Assembly: GCA_951406725.2 (NCBI GenBank)
Contig: OX597831.1
Location: forward strand, 20,212,001-20,276,000
Direction: 5' to 3'
Source of the DNA: Octopus vulgaris
Taxonomy: Eukaryota
Length of the DNA stretch: 64,000 bases
Of the stretch, positions 1 to 15,572 are shown in pieces. Below the pieces are notes generated by a model, which had not been told where the DNA came from, did no database searches, and saw only the letters and a list, made by a program, of their open reading frames with translations. The translations under genes were made by a program, and so were the position numbers. The first letter of the stretch is position 1. Each line of letters opens with the position of its first letter.

Positions 1-3000
1 TATATTTATATACATATATATACAAATTTGTATATATGTATACATATATATACAAATTATATATATTTATACATACATATAATTTGTATATATTTGTATA
101 CATATATATACAATTTGTATATATTTGTATACATATATATATTTGTATATATTTATACACATATATATAATGTATATAAATATATACATATATATATTTG
201 TATATATTTATATACATATATATAATTTATATATATTTATATACATATATATAATTTGTATATATTTGTATACATATATATAATTTTATATATTTGTATA
301 CATAATATATAAAATTATATATTTGTATACATATATATATATATATGTATACAAATATATATTATATTATATGTATATATATATACATATTATATATATA
401 TATATATACATATATATATTTGTATATATATATATATACAAATTATATATATGTATACAAATATATACAAATTATATATATGTATACAAATATATACAAA
501 TTATATATATGTATACAAATATATACAAATTATATATATTTATATAAATATATATAAATTGTATATATTTATATACATATATATAAATTATATATATGTA
601 TACAAATATATACAAATTATATATTTGTATACATATATATACATTTATATATATTTATATACAAATTATATATATGTATACAAATATATACATATATATA
701 ATTATATATATTTATATACATATATATAATTTGTATATATTTATATACATATATATAATTTGTATATATTTATATATATATATATAATTTGTATATATTT
801 ATATACATATATATAATTCATATATATTTATATACATATATACAAATTATATATATGTATACATATATATAATTTGTATATATTTATATACATATATATA
901 ATTTGTATATATTTGTATACAAATATATACATTTGTATATATTTGTATACATATATATAAAATGTATATATTTGTATACATATATATAATTTGTATATAT
1001 TTGTATACATATATATAATTTGTATATATTTGTATACATATATATAATTTGTATATATTTGTATACATATATATAATTTGTATATATTTGTATACATATA
1101 TATAATTTGTATATATTTATATACATATATATATAATTTGTATATATTTGTATACATATATATAATTTGTATATATTTGTATACATATATATAATTTGTA
1201 TACATATACATTGTATACATGTATATAATATACAAATTATATATTTGTATACATATATATAAATTGTATATATTTGTATACATATATATAATTTATATAT
1301 ATGTATATACATATATATAATTTATATATATGTATATACATATATACAATTTGTATATATTTATATACATATATATAAATTTGTATATATTTATATACAT
1401 ATATATATATTTGTATATATATATGTATACAAATATATAATTTATATATATTTGTATACAAATATATATAAATTATATATATTATATACATATATATAAT
1501 TTGTATATATTTATATACATAATATATAATTTGTATATATTTATATAAATATATATAATTTATATATATTACAAATATATACAAATATATATATGTATAT
1601 TGTATATATTTTATATATATATATAATATATACAAATTATATATATGTATATAAATATATACAAATTATATATATGTATATAAATATATACAAATTATAT
1701 ATATGTATACAAATATATACAAATTATATATATGTATACAAATATATACAAATTATATATATGTATATAAATATATACAAATTATATATATGTATATAAA
1801 TATATACATATTATATATATGTATACAAATATATACAAATTATATATATGTATACAAATATATACAAATTATATATATGTATACAAATATATACAAATTA
1901 TATATATGTATACAAATATATACAAATTATATATATGTATACAAATATATACAAATTATATATATGTATACAAATATATACAAATTATATATATGTATAC
2001 AAATATATACAAATTATATATATGTATATAAATATATACAAATTATATATATGTATATAAATATATACAAATTATATATATGTATATAAATATATACAAA
2101 TTATATATATGTATATAAATATATACAAATTATATATATGTATATAAATATATACAAATTATATATATGTATATAAATATATACAAATTATATATATATG
2201 TATACAATATATACAAATTATATATATGTATATAAATATATACAAATTATATATATGTATACAAATATATACAAATTATATATATGTATACAAATATATA
2301 CAAATTATATATATGTATACAAATATATACAAATTATATATATGTATACAAATATATACAATTATATATATGTATACAAATATATACACATTATATATAT
2401 GTATACAAATATATACAAATTATATATATGTATACAAATATATACAAATTATATATATGTATACAAATATATACAAAGTATATATATGTATACAAATATA
2501 TACAAATTATATATATGTATACAAATATATACAAATTACATATATGTATACAAATATATACTTTTTATATATGTATACAAATATATACAAATTATATATA
2601 TGTATACAAATATATACAAATTATATGTATGTATATAAATATATACAAATTATATATATGTATATAAATATAAATACGAATTATATATACGTATATAAAT
2701 ATATACAAATTATATATATGCATATAAATATATACAAATTATATATATACGTATATAAATATATATGTATACAAATATATACTTTTTTATATATGTATAC
2801 AAATATATACTAATTATATATATGTTTACAAATATATACAAATTCTTTATATGTATGTAAATATATACAAATTATATATATGTATATAAATATATACAAA
2901 TTATATATATGTATACAAATATATACAAATTATATATATATATATATATACAAATTATATATATGTATACAAATATATACAAATTATATATATGTATACA

Positions 3001-6000
3001 AATATATACAAATTTTTATATATGTATACAAATATATACAAATTATATATATGTATACAAATACATACAAATTATATATATGTATACAAATATATACAAA
3101 TTATATATATGTATACAAATATATACAAATTATATATATGTATACAAATATATACAAATTATATATATGTATACAAATATATACACATTATATATATGTA
3201 TACAAATATATACAAATTATATATATGTATACAAATATATAAAATTATATATATATATACAAATATATACTTTTTTTATATATGTATACAAATATATACA
3301 AATTATATGTATGTATATAACTACATACAAATTATACTTATGTATATAAATATATACAAATTATATAAATGTATATAAATATATACAAATTATATATATG
3401 TATATACATATATACAAATTATATATATGTATATAAATTTATACAAATTATATATATGTCTATAAATATATACAAATTATATATATGTCTATAAATATAT
3501 ACAAATTATATATATGTATACAAATATATACAAATTATATATATGTATACAAATATATACATATTATATATGTGTATACAAATATATACAAATTATATAT
3601 ATGTATACAAATATATACATATTATATATATGTATACAAATATATACTTTTTTATATATGTATACAAATTTATACAAATTATATATATGTATACAAATAT
3701 ATACAAATTATATATATGTATACAAATATATACAAATTATATATATGCATACAAATATATACAAATTATATATATGTATACATATATATACAGATTATAT
3801 ATATGTATACATATATATACACATTATATATATGTATACAAATATATACAAATTATATATTATGTATACATATATATAATTTGTATATATTTGTATACAT
3901 ATATATAATTTGTATATATTTGTATACATATATATACAAATTATATATATGTATACAAATATATACAAATTATATATTTGTATACATATATATAATTTGT
4001 ATATATTTGTATACAAATATATACAAATTATATATATGTATACAAATATATACAAATTATATATATGTATATAAATATATACAAATTATATACATGTATA
4101 TAAATATATACAAATTATATATATGTATACAAATATATACAAAGTATATATATGTATACAAATATATACAAATTATATATATGTATACAAATATATACAA
4201 ATTATATATATGTATACAAATATATACAAATTATATATATGTATACAAATATATATAATTTGTATATATTTGTATACATATATATAATTTGTATATATTT
4301 GTATACATATATATAATTTGTATATATTTGTATACATATATATAATTTGTATATATTTCTATACAAATATATAATTTGTATATATTTGTATACATATATA
4401 TAATTTGTATATATTTGTATACATATATATAATTTGTATATATTTGTATACATATATACAATTTGTATATATTTGTATACATATATATAATGTGTATATA
4501 TTTGTATACATATATATAATTTGTATATATTTATATACATATATATAATTTGTATATATTTGTATACATATATATAATTTGTATATATTTGTATACATAT
4601 ATATAATGTGTATATATTTGTATACATATATATAAGTTGTATATATTTGTATACATATATATAATTTGTATATATTTGTATACATATATATAATTTGTAT
4701 ATATTTGTATACATATATATAATTTGTATATATTTATGTACATATATATAATTTGTATATATTTATATACGTATATATATAATTTGTATATATTTATATG
4801 CATATATATAATTTGTATATATTTATATACATATATATAATTCGTATATATATTTATATACATATATATAATTTGTATATATTTATATACATATATATAA
4901 TTTGTATATATTTATATACATACATATAATTTGTATATATTTGTATACATATATATAATTTGTATATATTTGTATACATATATATAATTTGTATATATTT
5001 GTATACATATATATAATTTGTATATATTTGTATACATATATATAAAGTATATATTTGTATACATATATATAATTTGTATATATTTGTATACGTATATATA
5101 AAAGTATATATTTGTATACATATATATAATTTTATATATTTGTATACATATATATAATTTGTATATATTTATATACATATATATAATTTGTATATATTTA
5201 TATACATATATATAATTTGTATATATTATATACATATATATAATTTGTATATATTTATATACATATAAAGAATTTGTATATATTTGTATACATATATATA
5301 ATTAGTATATATTTGTATACATATATAAAAAATATAATTTTATTTGTATACATATATATAATTTGTATATATTTGTATACATATATATAAATTTGTATAT
5401 TATTGTATACATATATATAATTTGTATATATTTGTATACATATATATAATTGGTATATATTTATATACATATATATAATTTGTATATATTTGTATACATA
5501 TATATAATTTGTATATATTTGTATACATATATATAATTTGTATATATTTGTATACATATATATAATTTGTATATATTTGTATACATATATATAATTTGTA
5601 TATATTTGTATACATATATATAATTTGTATATATTATATACATATATATAATTTGTATATATTTATATACATATATATAATTTGTATATATTTATATACA
5701 TATGTATAATTTGTATATATTTATATACATATATATAATTTGTATATATTTATATACATATATATAATTTGTATATATTATATACATATATATAATTTGT
5801 ATATATTTGTATACATATATATAATTTGTATATATTTGTATACATATATATAATTTGTATATATTTGTATACATATATATAATTTGTATATATTTGTATA
5901 CATATATATATTTGTATATATTTATGTACATATATATAATTTGTATATATTTATATACATATATATAATTTGTATATATATTATATACATATATATAATT

Positions 6001-9000
6001 TGTATATATTTATATACATATATATAATTTTGTATATATTTATATACATATATATAATTTGTATACATTTATATACATATATATAATATGTATATATATA
6101 TATATATAATTGTATATATTTGTATATATATATATAATTTGTATATATTTGTATACATATATATAATTTGTATATATTTGTATACATATATATAATTTGT
6201 ATATATTTGTATACATATATATAATTTGTATATATTTGTATACATATATATAATTTGTATATATTTGTATACATATAGATAATTTGTATATATTTGTATA
6301 CATATATATAATTGTATATATTTATATACATATATATAATTTGTATATATTTGTATACATATATATAAGTTGTATATATTTGTATACATATATATAATTT
6401 GTATATATTTATATACATATATATAATTTGTATATATTTATGTACATATATATAATTTGTATATATTTATATACATATATATATAATTTGTATATATTTA
6501 TATGCATATATATAATTTGTATATATTTATATACATATATATAATTTGTATATATTTATATACATATATATAATTTGTATATATTTATATACATATATAT
6601 AATTTGTATATATTTGTATACATATATATAATTTGTATATATTCGTATACATATATATAATTTGTATATATTTGTATACATATATATAATTTGTATATAT
6701 TTGTATACATATATATAATTTGTATATATTTGTATACATATATATAATTTGTATATATTTGTATACATATATATAAAAGTATATATTTGTATACATATAT
6801 ATAATTTGTATATATTTGTATACATATATATAATTTGTATATATTTGTATACATATATATAATTTGTATATATTTATATACATATATATAATTTGTATAT
6901 ATTTTATACATATATATAATTTATATATATTTATATACATATATATAATTTTATATATTTATATACATATATATAATTTGTATATATTTATATACATATA
7001 TATAATTTGTATATATTTATATACATATATATAATTTGTATATATTTATATACATATATATAATTTGTATATATTTTATATACATATATATAATTTGTAT
7101 ATATTTATATACATATATATAATTTGTATATATTTATATACATATATATAATTTGTATATATTTGTATACATATATATAATTTGTATATATTTGTATACA
7201 TATATATAATTTGTATATATTTGTATACATATATATAATTTGTATATATTTGTATACATATATATAATTTGTATATATTTGTATACATATATATAATTTG
7301 TATATATTTGTATACATATATATAATTTGTATATATTTGTATACATATATATAATTTGTATATATTTGTATACATATATATAATTTGTATATATTTGTAT
7401 ACATATATATAATTTGTATATATTTGTATACATATATATAATTTGTATATATTTGTATACATATATATAATTTGTATATATTTGTATACATATATAATTT
7501 GTATATATTTGTATACATATATATAATTTGTATATATTTGTATACATATATATAATTTGTATATATTTATATACATATATATAATTTGTATATATTTATA
7601 TACATATATATAATTTGTATATATTTATATACATATATATAATTTGTATATATTTATATACATATATATAATTTGTATATATTTATATACATATATATAA
7701 TTTGTATATATTTATATACATATATATAATTTGTATATATTTATATACATATATATAATTTGTATATATTTATATACATATATATAATTTGTATATATTT
7801 GTATACATATATATAATTTGTATATATTTGTATACATATATATAATTTGTATATATTTGTATACATATATATAATTTGTATATATTTGTATACATATATA
7901 TAATTTGTATATATTTGTATACATATATATAATTTGTATATATTTGTATACATATATATAATTTGTATATATTTGTATACATATATATAATTTGTATATA
8001 TTTGTATACATATATATAATTTGTATATATTTATATACATATATATAATTTGTATATATTTGTATACATATATATAATTTGTATATATTTGTATACATAT
8101 ATATAAAATTGTATATATTTGTATACATATATATAATTTGTATATATTTGTATACATATATATAAATTTGTATATATTTGTATACATATATATAATTTGT
8201 ATATATTTATACAAATATATACATTTGTATATATTTATATACATATATATAATTTGTATATATATGTATATAATATATATAATTTATATATATTTATATA
8301 CATATATATAATTTGTATATATTTATATACATATATATAATTTGTATATATTTATATACATATATATAATTTGTATATATTTATATAAATATATATAATT
8401 TATATATATTTGTATACAAATATATATAATTTATATATATGTATATACATATATATAATTTGTATATATTTGTATACATATATACAAATTATATATATTT
8501 GTATACATATATATAATTTTATATATATGTATACATATATACAAATTATATATATGTATACAATATATACAAATTATATATATTTGTATACATATATATA
8601 ATTTGTATATATTTATATACATATATATAATTTGTATATATTTATATACATATATATAATTTTATATATTTGTATACATATATATAATTTGTATATATTT
8701 ATATACATATATATAATTTGTATATATTTGTATACATATATATAATTTGTATATATTTGTATACATATATATAATTTGTATATATTTGTATACATATATA
8801 TAATTTGTATATATTTGTATACATATATATAATTTGTATATATTTGTATACATATATATAATTTGTATATATTTGTATACATATATATAATTTGTATATA
8901 TTTATATACATATATATAATTTGTATATATTTGTATACATATATATAATTTGTATATATTTGTATACATATATATAATTTGTATATATTTGTATACATAT

Positions 9001-11640
9001 ATATAATTTGTATATATTTGTATACATATATATAATTTGTATATATTTATATACATATATATAATTTGTATATATTTATATACATATATATAATTTGTAT
9101 ATATTTGTATACATATATATAATTTGTATATATTTGTATACATATATATAATTTGTATATATTTGTATACATATATATAATTTGTATATATTTGTATACA
9201 TATATATAATTTGTATATATTTGTATACATATATATAATTTGTATATATTTGTATACATATATATAATTTGTATATATTTGTATACATATATATAATTTG
9301 TATATATTTGTATACATATATATAATTTGTATATATTTGTATACATATATATAATTTGTATATATTTGTATACATATATATAATTTGTATATATTTGTAT
9401 ACATATATATAATTTGTATATATTTGTATACATATATATAATTTGTATATATTTGTATACATATATATAATTTGTATATATTTGTATACATATATATAAT
9501 TTGTATATATTTGTATACATATATATAATTTGTATATATTTGTATACATATATATAATTTGTATATATTTATACATATATATAATTTGTATATATTTGTA
9601 TACATATATATAATTTGTATATATTTGTATACATATATATAATTTGTATATATTTGTATACATATATATATAATTTGTATATATTTGTATATATTTGTAT
9701 ACATATATATAATTTGTATATATTTGTATACATATATATAATTTGTATATATTTGTATACATATATATAATTTGTATATATTTGTATACATATATATAAT
9801 TTGTATATATTTGTATACATATATATAATTTGTATATATTTGTATACATATATATAATTTGTATATATTTGTATACATATATATAATTTGTATATATTTG
9901 TATACATATATATAATTTGTATATATTTGTATACATATATATAATTTGTATATATTTGTATACATATATATAATTTGTATATATTTGTATACATATATAT
10001 AATTTGTATATATTTGTATACATATATATAATTTGTATATATTTGTATACATATATATAATTTGTATATATTTGTATACATATATATAATTTGTATATAT
10101 TTGTATACATATATATAATTTGTATATATTTGTATACATATATATAATTTGTATATATTTATATACATATATATAATTTGTATATATTTGTATACATATA
10201 TATAATTTGTATATATTTGTATACATATATATAATTTGTATATATTTGTATACATATATATAATTTGTATATATTTGTATACATATATATAATTTGTATA
10301 TATTTGTATACATATATATAATTTGTATATATTTGTATACATATATATAATTTGTATATATTTGTATACATATATATAATTTGTATATATTTGTATACAT
10401 ATATATAATTTGTATATATTTATATACATATATATAATTTGTATATATTTGTATACATATATATAATTTGTATATATTTGTATACATATATATAATTTGT
10501 ATATATTTGTATACATATATATAATTTGTATATATTTATATACATATATATAATTTGTATATATTTATATACATATATATAATTTGTATATATATTATAT
10601 ACATATATATAATTTGTATATATTTATATAATATATATAATTATAATATATTTATATACATATATATAATTTGTATATATTTATATACATATATATAATT
10701 TGTATATATTTATATACATAAATATAATTTGTATATATTTATATACATATATATAATTTGTATATATTTATATACATATATATAATTTGTATATATTTAT
10801 ATACATATATATAATTTGTATATATTTATATACATATATATAATTTGTATATATTTATATACATATATATAATTTGTATATATATATATATATAAATTTA
10901 TATTTATATACATATATATAATTTGTATATATATATATACATATATATAATTTGTATATATTTATATACATATATATAATTTGTATATATTATATACATA
11001 TATATAATTTATATATATACATATATATTATATTTTATATACATATATATAATTTGTATATATTTATATACATATATATAATTTGTATACATTTATATAC
11101 ATATATATAATTTGTATACGTTTATATACATATATATAATTTGTATACGTTTATATACATATATATAATTTGTATACGTTTATATACATATATATAATTT
11201 GTATACGTTTATATACATATATATAATTTGTATATTTTATATACATATATATAATTTGTATACATTTATATACATATATATAATGTGTATACATTTATAT
11301 ACATATATATAATTTGTATATATTTATATACATATATATAATTTGTATATATTTATATACATATATATAATTTGTATACATTATATAATTTGTATATTTA
11401 CATATATATAATTTGTATATATTTACATACATGTATATAATTTGTATATATTTACATACATGTATATAATTTGATGTATTTACATACATATATATATAAT
11501 GTGTATATATTTGTATACATATATATAATTTGTATATATTTGTATACATATATATAATTTGTATATATTTGTATACATCTCTATAATTTGTATATATTTG
11601 TATACATATATATATGATTTTTATATATTTATATATATAT
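1..11640. repeat. 29-bp AT-rich satellite, consensus TATATATGTATACAAATATATACAAATTA, in both orientations
   Basis: 29-bp period read directly. Mostly + at about 1600-4250 and - at about 4250-11600, mixed at 1-1600 and about 8400-8600; most homogeneous at 8700-10500. Confidence 0.97.
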
Positions 11641-11641
11641 A

Positions 11642-11838
11642 TCTATATATATATCTCTATATAGAACTGAAATGCGTTTTTACCGCTTGGATCGCTTTCA
11701 ATGCCACTACATCCCGTCCGATTCGCTCCAAAGGTTACAGGGACATGTAGAATGAGGTGACGATGCTCCTGGGCTACCTTAGAAATCCATCTTAAAAGGT
11801 GTGGTTGCTAGGGGCCATCTTCCTCACTCACGCTATAA

Positions 11839-11840
<2 letters not shown>
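11642..11840 (+). other. Short non-tandem segment, possibly the 5' part of a non-autonomous Helitron-like element
   Basis: Begins TCTATATATAT like the Helitron-like 5' ends at 25230 and 25369; contains CCGATTCGCTCCAAA. No 3' CTAG end seen. Confidence 0.25.
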
Positions 11841-11842
<2 letters not shown>

Positions 11843-11881
<39 letters not shown>

Positions 11882-11883
11882 GT
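11843..11883. repeat. (TG)n microsatellite
   Basis: Direct read. Confidence 0.95.
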
Positions 11884-12062
11884 TCTATATATAAATATGT
11901 GTATATAAATGTGTGTATATATAAAACATCACCCACTCTCATTCTTTTATGTATCTGAGAATGTGTGTCTGTCTGTCTGTGTATTTCCCTATAACTTGAG
12001 AACTACTCAACCAATTTCATTCAAATTTTACACATGCCTTCCTTAGGTTATAAGGAGTGTGT
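11884..12062 (+). mobile_element. 5' portion of a Helitron/Helentron (DINE-1/HINE-like) non-autonomous element
   Basis: TCTATATATAAA start, (GTCT)n tract at about 11967-11980, then AACTACTCAACCAATTTCATTCAAATTTTACAC, resembling the conserved core of such elements; abuts the 70-bp array. Confidence 0.5.
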
Positions 12063-12070
12063 TGAGCTGG

Positions 12071-13840
12071 GCTCTGGGCGCCATTGGGCTCAATGTCCGC
12101 GGCTACGAGACAACAGTGAGCGCTATGGCGACCAGAGCTCGCTCTGGGCGCCATTGGGCTCAATGTCCGCGGCTACGAGACAACAGTGAGCGCTATGGCG
12201 ACCAGAGCTCGCTCTGGGCGCCATTGGGCTCAATGTCCGCGGCTACGAGACAACAGTGAGCGCTATGGCGACCAGAGCTCGCTCTGGGCGCCATTGGGCT
12301 CAATGTCCGCGGCTACGAGACAACAGTGAGCGCTATGGCGACCAGAGCTCGCTCTGGGCGCCATGGGCTCAATGTCCGCGGCTACGAGACAACAGTGAGC
12401 GCTATGGCGACCAGAGCTCGCTCTGGCGCCATCTCAATGTCCGCGGCTACGAGACAACAGTGAGCGCTATGGCGACCAGAGCTCGCTCTGGGCGCCATTG
12501 GGCTCAATGTCCGCGGCTACGAGACAACAGTGAGCGCTATGGCGACCAGAGCTCGCTCTGGGCGCCATGGGCTCAATGTCCGCGGCTACGAGACAACAGT
12601 GAGCGCTATGGCGACCAGAGCTCGCTCTGGGCGCCATTGGGCTCAATGTCCGCGGCTACGAGACAACAGTGAGCGCTATGGCGACCAGAGCTCGCTCTGG
12701 GCGCCATGGGCTCAATGTCAGACTCGGCGACCAGAGCTCGCTCTGGGCGCCATCGGGCTCAATGTCCGCGGCTACGAGACAACAGTGAGCGCTATGGCGA
12801 CCAGAGCTCGCTCTGGGCGCCATTGGGCTCAATGTCCGCGGCTACGAGACAACAGTGAGCGCTATGGCGACCAGAGCTCGCTCTGGGCGCCATTGGGCTC
12901 AATGTCCGCGGCTACGAGACAACAGTGAGCGCTATGGCGACCAGAGCTCGCTCTGGGCGCCATTGGGCTCAATGTCCGCGGCTACGAGACAACAGTGAGC
13001 GCTATGGCGACCAGAGCTCGCTCTGGCGCCATGGGCTCATGTCGCCTACAGCAACGTAGCCTAGGCGACCAGAGCTCGCTCTGGCGCCATGGCTCAATGT
13101 CCGCGGCTACGAGACAACAGTGAGCGCTATGGCGACCAGAGCTCGCTCTGGGCGCCATGGGCTCAATGTCCGCGGCTACGAGACAACAGTGAGCGCTATG
13201 GCGACCAGAGCTCGCTCTGGGCGCCATTGGGCTCAATGTCCGCGGCTACGAGACAACAGTGAGCGCTATGGCGACCAGAGCTCGCTCTGGGCGCCATTGG
13301 GCTCAATGTCCGCGGCTACGAGACAACAGTGAGCGCTATGGCGACCAGAGCTCGCCTGGGCGCCATTGGGCTCAATGTCCGCGGCTACGAGACAACAGTG
13401 AGCGCTATGGCGACCAGAGCTCGCTCTGGGCGCCATTGGGCTCAATGTCCGCGGCTACGAGACAACAGTGAGCGCTATGGCGACCAGAGCTCGCTCTGGG
13501 CGCCATTGGGCTCAATGTCCGCGGCTACGAGACAACAGTGAGCGCTATGGCGACCAGAGCTCGCTCTGGGCGCCATTGGGCTCAATGTCCGCGGCTACGA
13601 GACAACAGTGAGCGCTATGGCGACCAGAGCTCGCTCTGGGCGCCATTGGGCTCAATGTCCGCGGCTACGAGACAACAGTGAGCGCTATGGCGACCAGAGC
13701 TCGCTCTGGGCGCCATTGGGCTCAATGTCCGCGGCTACGAGACAACAGTGAGCGCTATGGCGACCAGAGCCACCAGAGCTCTGTCTGGCGCCATTGGGCT
13801 CAATGTCCGCGGCTACGAGACAACAGTGAGCGCTATGGCG
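12071..13840. repeat. 70-bp GC-rich tandem repeat (about 25 copies) with a hairpin-forming monomer
   Basis: Unit GCTCTGGGCGCCATTGGGCTCAATGTCCGCGGCTACGAGACAACAGTGAGCGCTATGGCGACCAGAGCTC repeated nearly identically; a few shortened units (about 12715, about 13040). Confidence 0.98.
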
Positions 13841-13859
13841 CGGCTGTCTTGCACCTCTC

Positions 13860-14399
<540 letters not shown>

Positions 14400-14407
14400 G
14401 GCTTTAT

Positions 14408-14646
14408 TTGGCTTGGCTTGGCTTGGCTTTATTATCTTCTATGGCTTGGCTTGGCTTGGCTTGGCTTGGCTTGGCTTGGCTTGGCTTGGCTTGGCTTGGC
14501 TTGGCTTGGCTTGGCTTGGCTTGGCTTGGCTTGGCTTGGCTTGGCTTGGCTTGGCTTGGCTTGGCTTGGCTTGGCTTGGCTTGGCTTGGCTTGGCTTGGC
14601 TTGGCTTGGCTTGGCTTGGCTTGGCTTGGCTTGGCTTGGCTTGGCT
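14408..14646. repeat. (TTGGC)n microsatellite
   Basis: Direct read, with a short interruption at about 14429-14442. Confidence 0.97.
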
Positions 14647-14717
14647 TCGCTTGCTTCGCTTCGCTTCGCTTCGCTTCGCTTCGCTTCGCTTCGCTTCGCT
14701 TCGCTTCGCTTCGCTTC
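14647..14717. repeat. (TTCGC)n microsatellite
   Basis: Direct read. Confidence 0.97.
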
Positions 14718-15572
14718 TGAAGGAGAGAAAGAAGAATTTTAATTTCATAGAGAATTATAGCGTGAAGGCTGCATATAAAAAAGAAACAACTCTTCCTCAG
14801 ATGTTGGCAGTCTTACCTGCTCCGCATTGCAACAAGATGTGTATTCGTTAAAGCAATTGCTCCCCCAAAGCAAATTAGGTAAAATTTGAAATACGTGGAA
14901 CGTCAAAGCTGCTAACAAAATCAGGACAGTCAAAATTTTCGCTAAGGGATGTTTAACCCTAACGAGGTGGTGAACGCTGCAGAAAGAAAGCTTCGTCAAG
15001 AGACAGACGGGAATGCATGAACGAAAAGAAAAAGAATTACATTTAGAAATAGATCTATAGTTATTTCTGTTAGAAATAAAGAACTATAAATATTGAATTA
15101 TGCATAAAGCGCTGACTTACATTCGGGGCTTCCAATTTCTCTGTAAAATATCAGATTGTCGCAAAATCATTGCACATGTCACCATCGATTACAAATGCCG
15201 GTGGAAGATAAACGTTCCAGAGGACATTCTTGTTCTTTCGTTCGTACAAGGATCGTATTATGTTTCGGCTTAAAATAAATTATAGATACAAATATAATGT
15301 ATAGAAATATATAAAAACCAGAATAGAAAATAAACGTCTTAGGCATATAAAATGAGATAACATGAGATATCAAAGTGTTATAAACTTGAAACTTACTAGA
15401 ATATCATAGATTATATATATCAAGTCATCCAGTCAGTTCTGTCCAATTTTACCTGTTTTTTTTAGATTTGAATGAAATTTAATAGTATTTGCAAATGTTT
15501 AATTCAATTAAAAATTATTTTTATGCATTTGTGTACGTTTAAACTAATTCAATATTGTTTTACATAATAATA

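Noticed and set aside
28-11549. Long Y/I/K-rich ORFs up to 624 aa
   Set aside because: Translations of a 29-bp satellite lacking stops on one strand; open in all three frames.
12059-13840. CRISPR array or repeat protein (MSAMATRARSGRH...)
   Set aside because: No unique spacers, no cas genes, eukaryotic context; 70 bp is not a multiple of 3, so the ORFs are incidental.
12071-13840. Hammerhead ribozyme (retrozyme), tRNA/5S array or sequencing adapter concatemer
   Set aside because: No CTGANGA/GAAA core, cloverleaf or B box, and no match to adapter sequences I recall; other ribozyme classes not excluded without Infernal.
14408-14646. Telomeric repeat
   Set aside because: TTGGC is not the molluscan TTAGGG; interstitial and grades into TTCGC.
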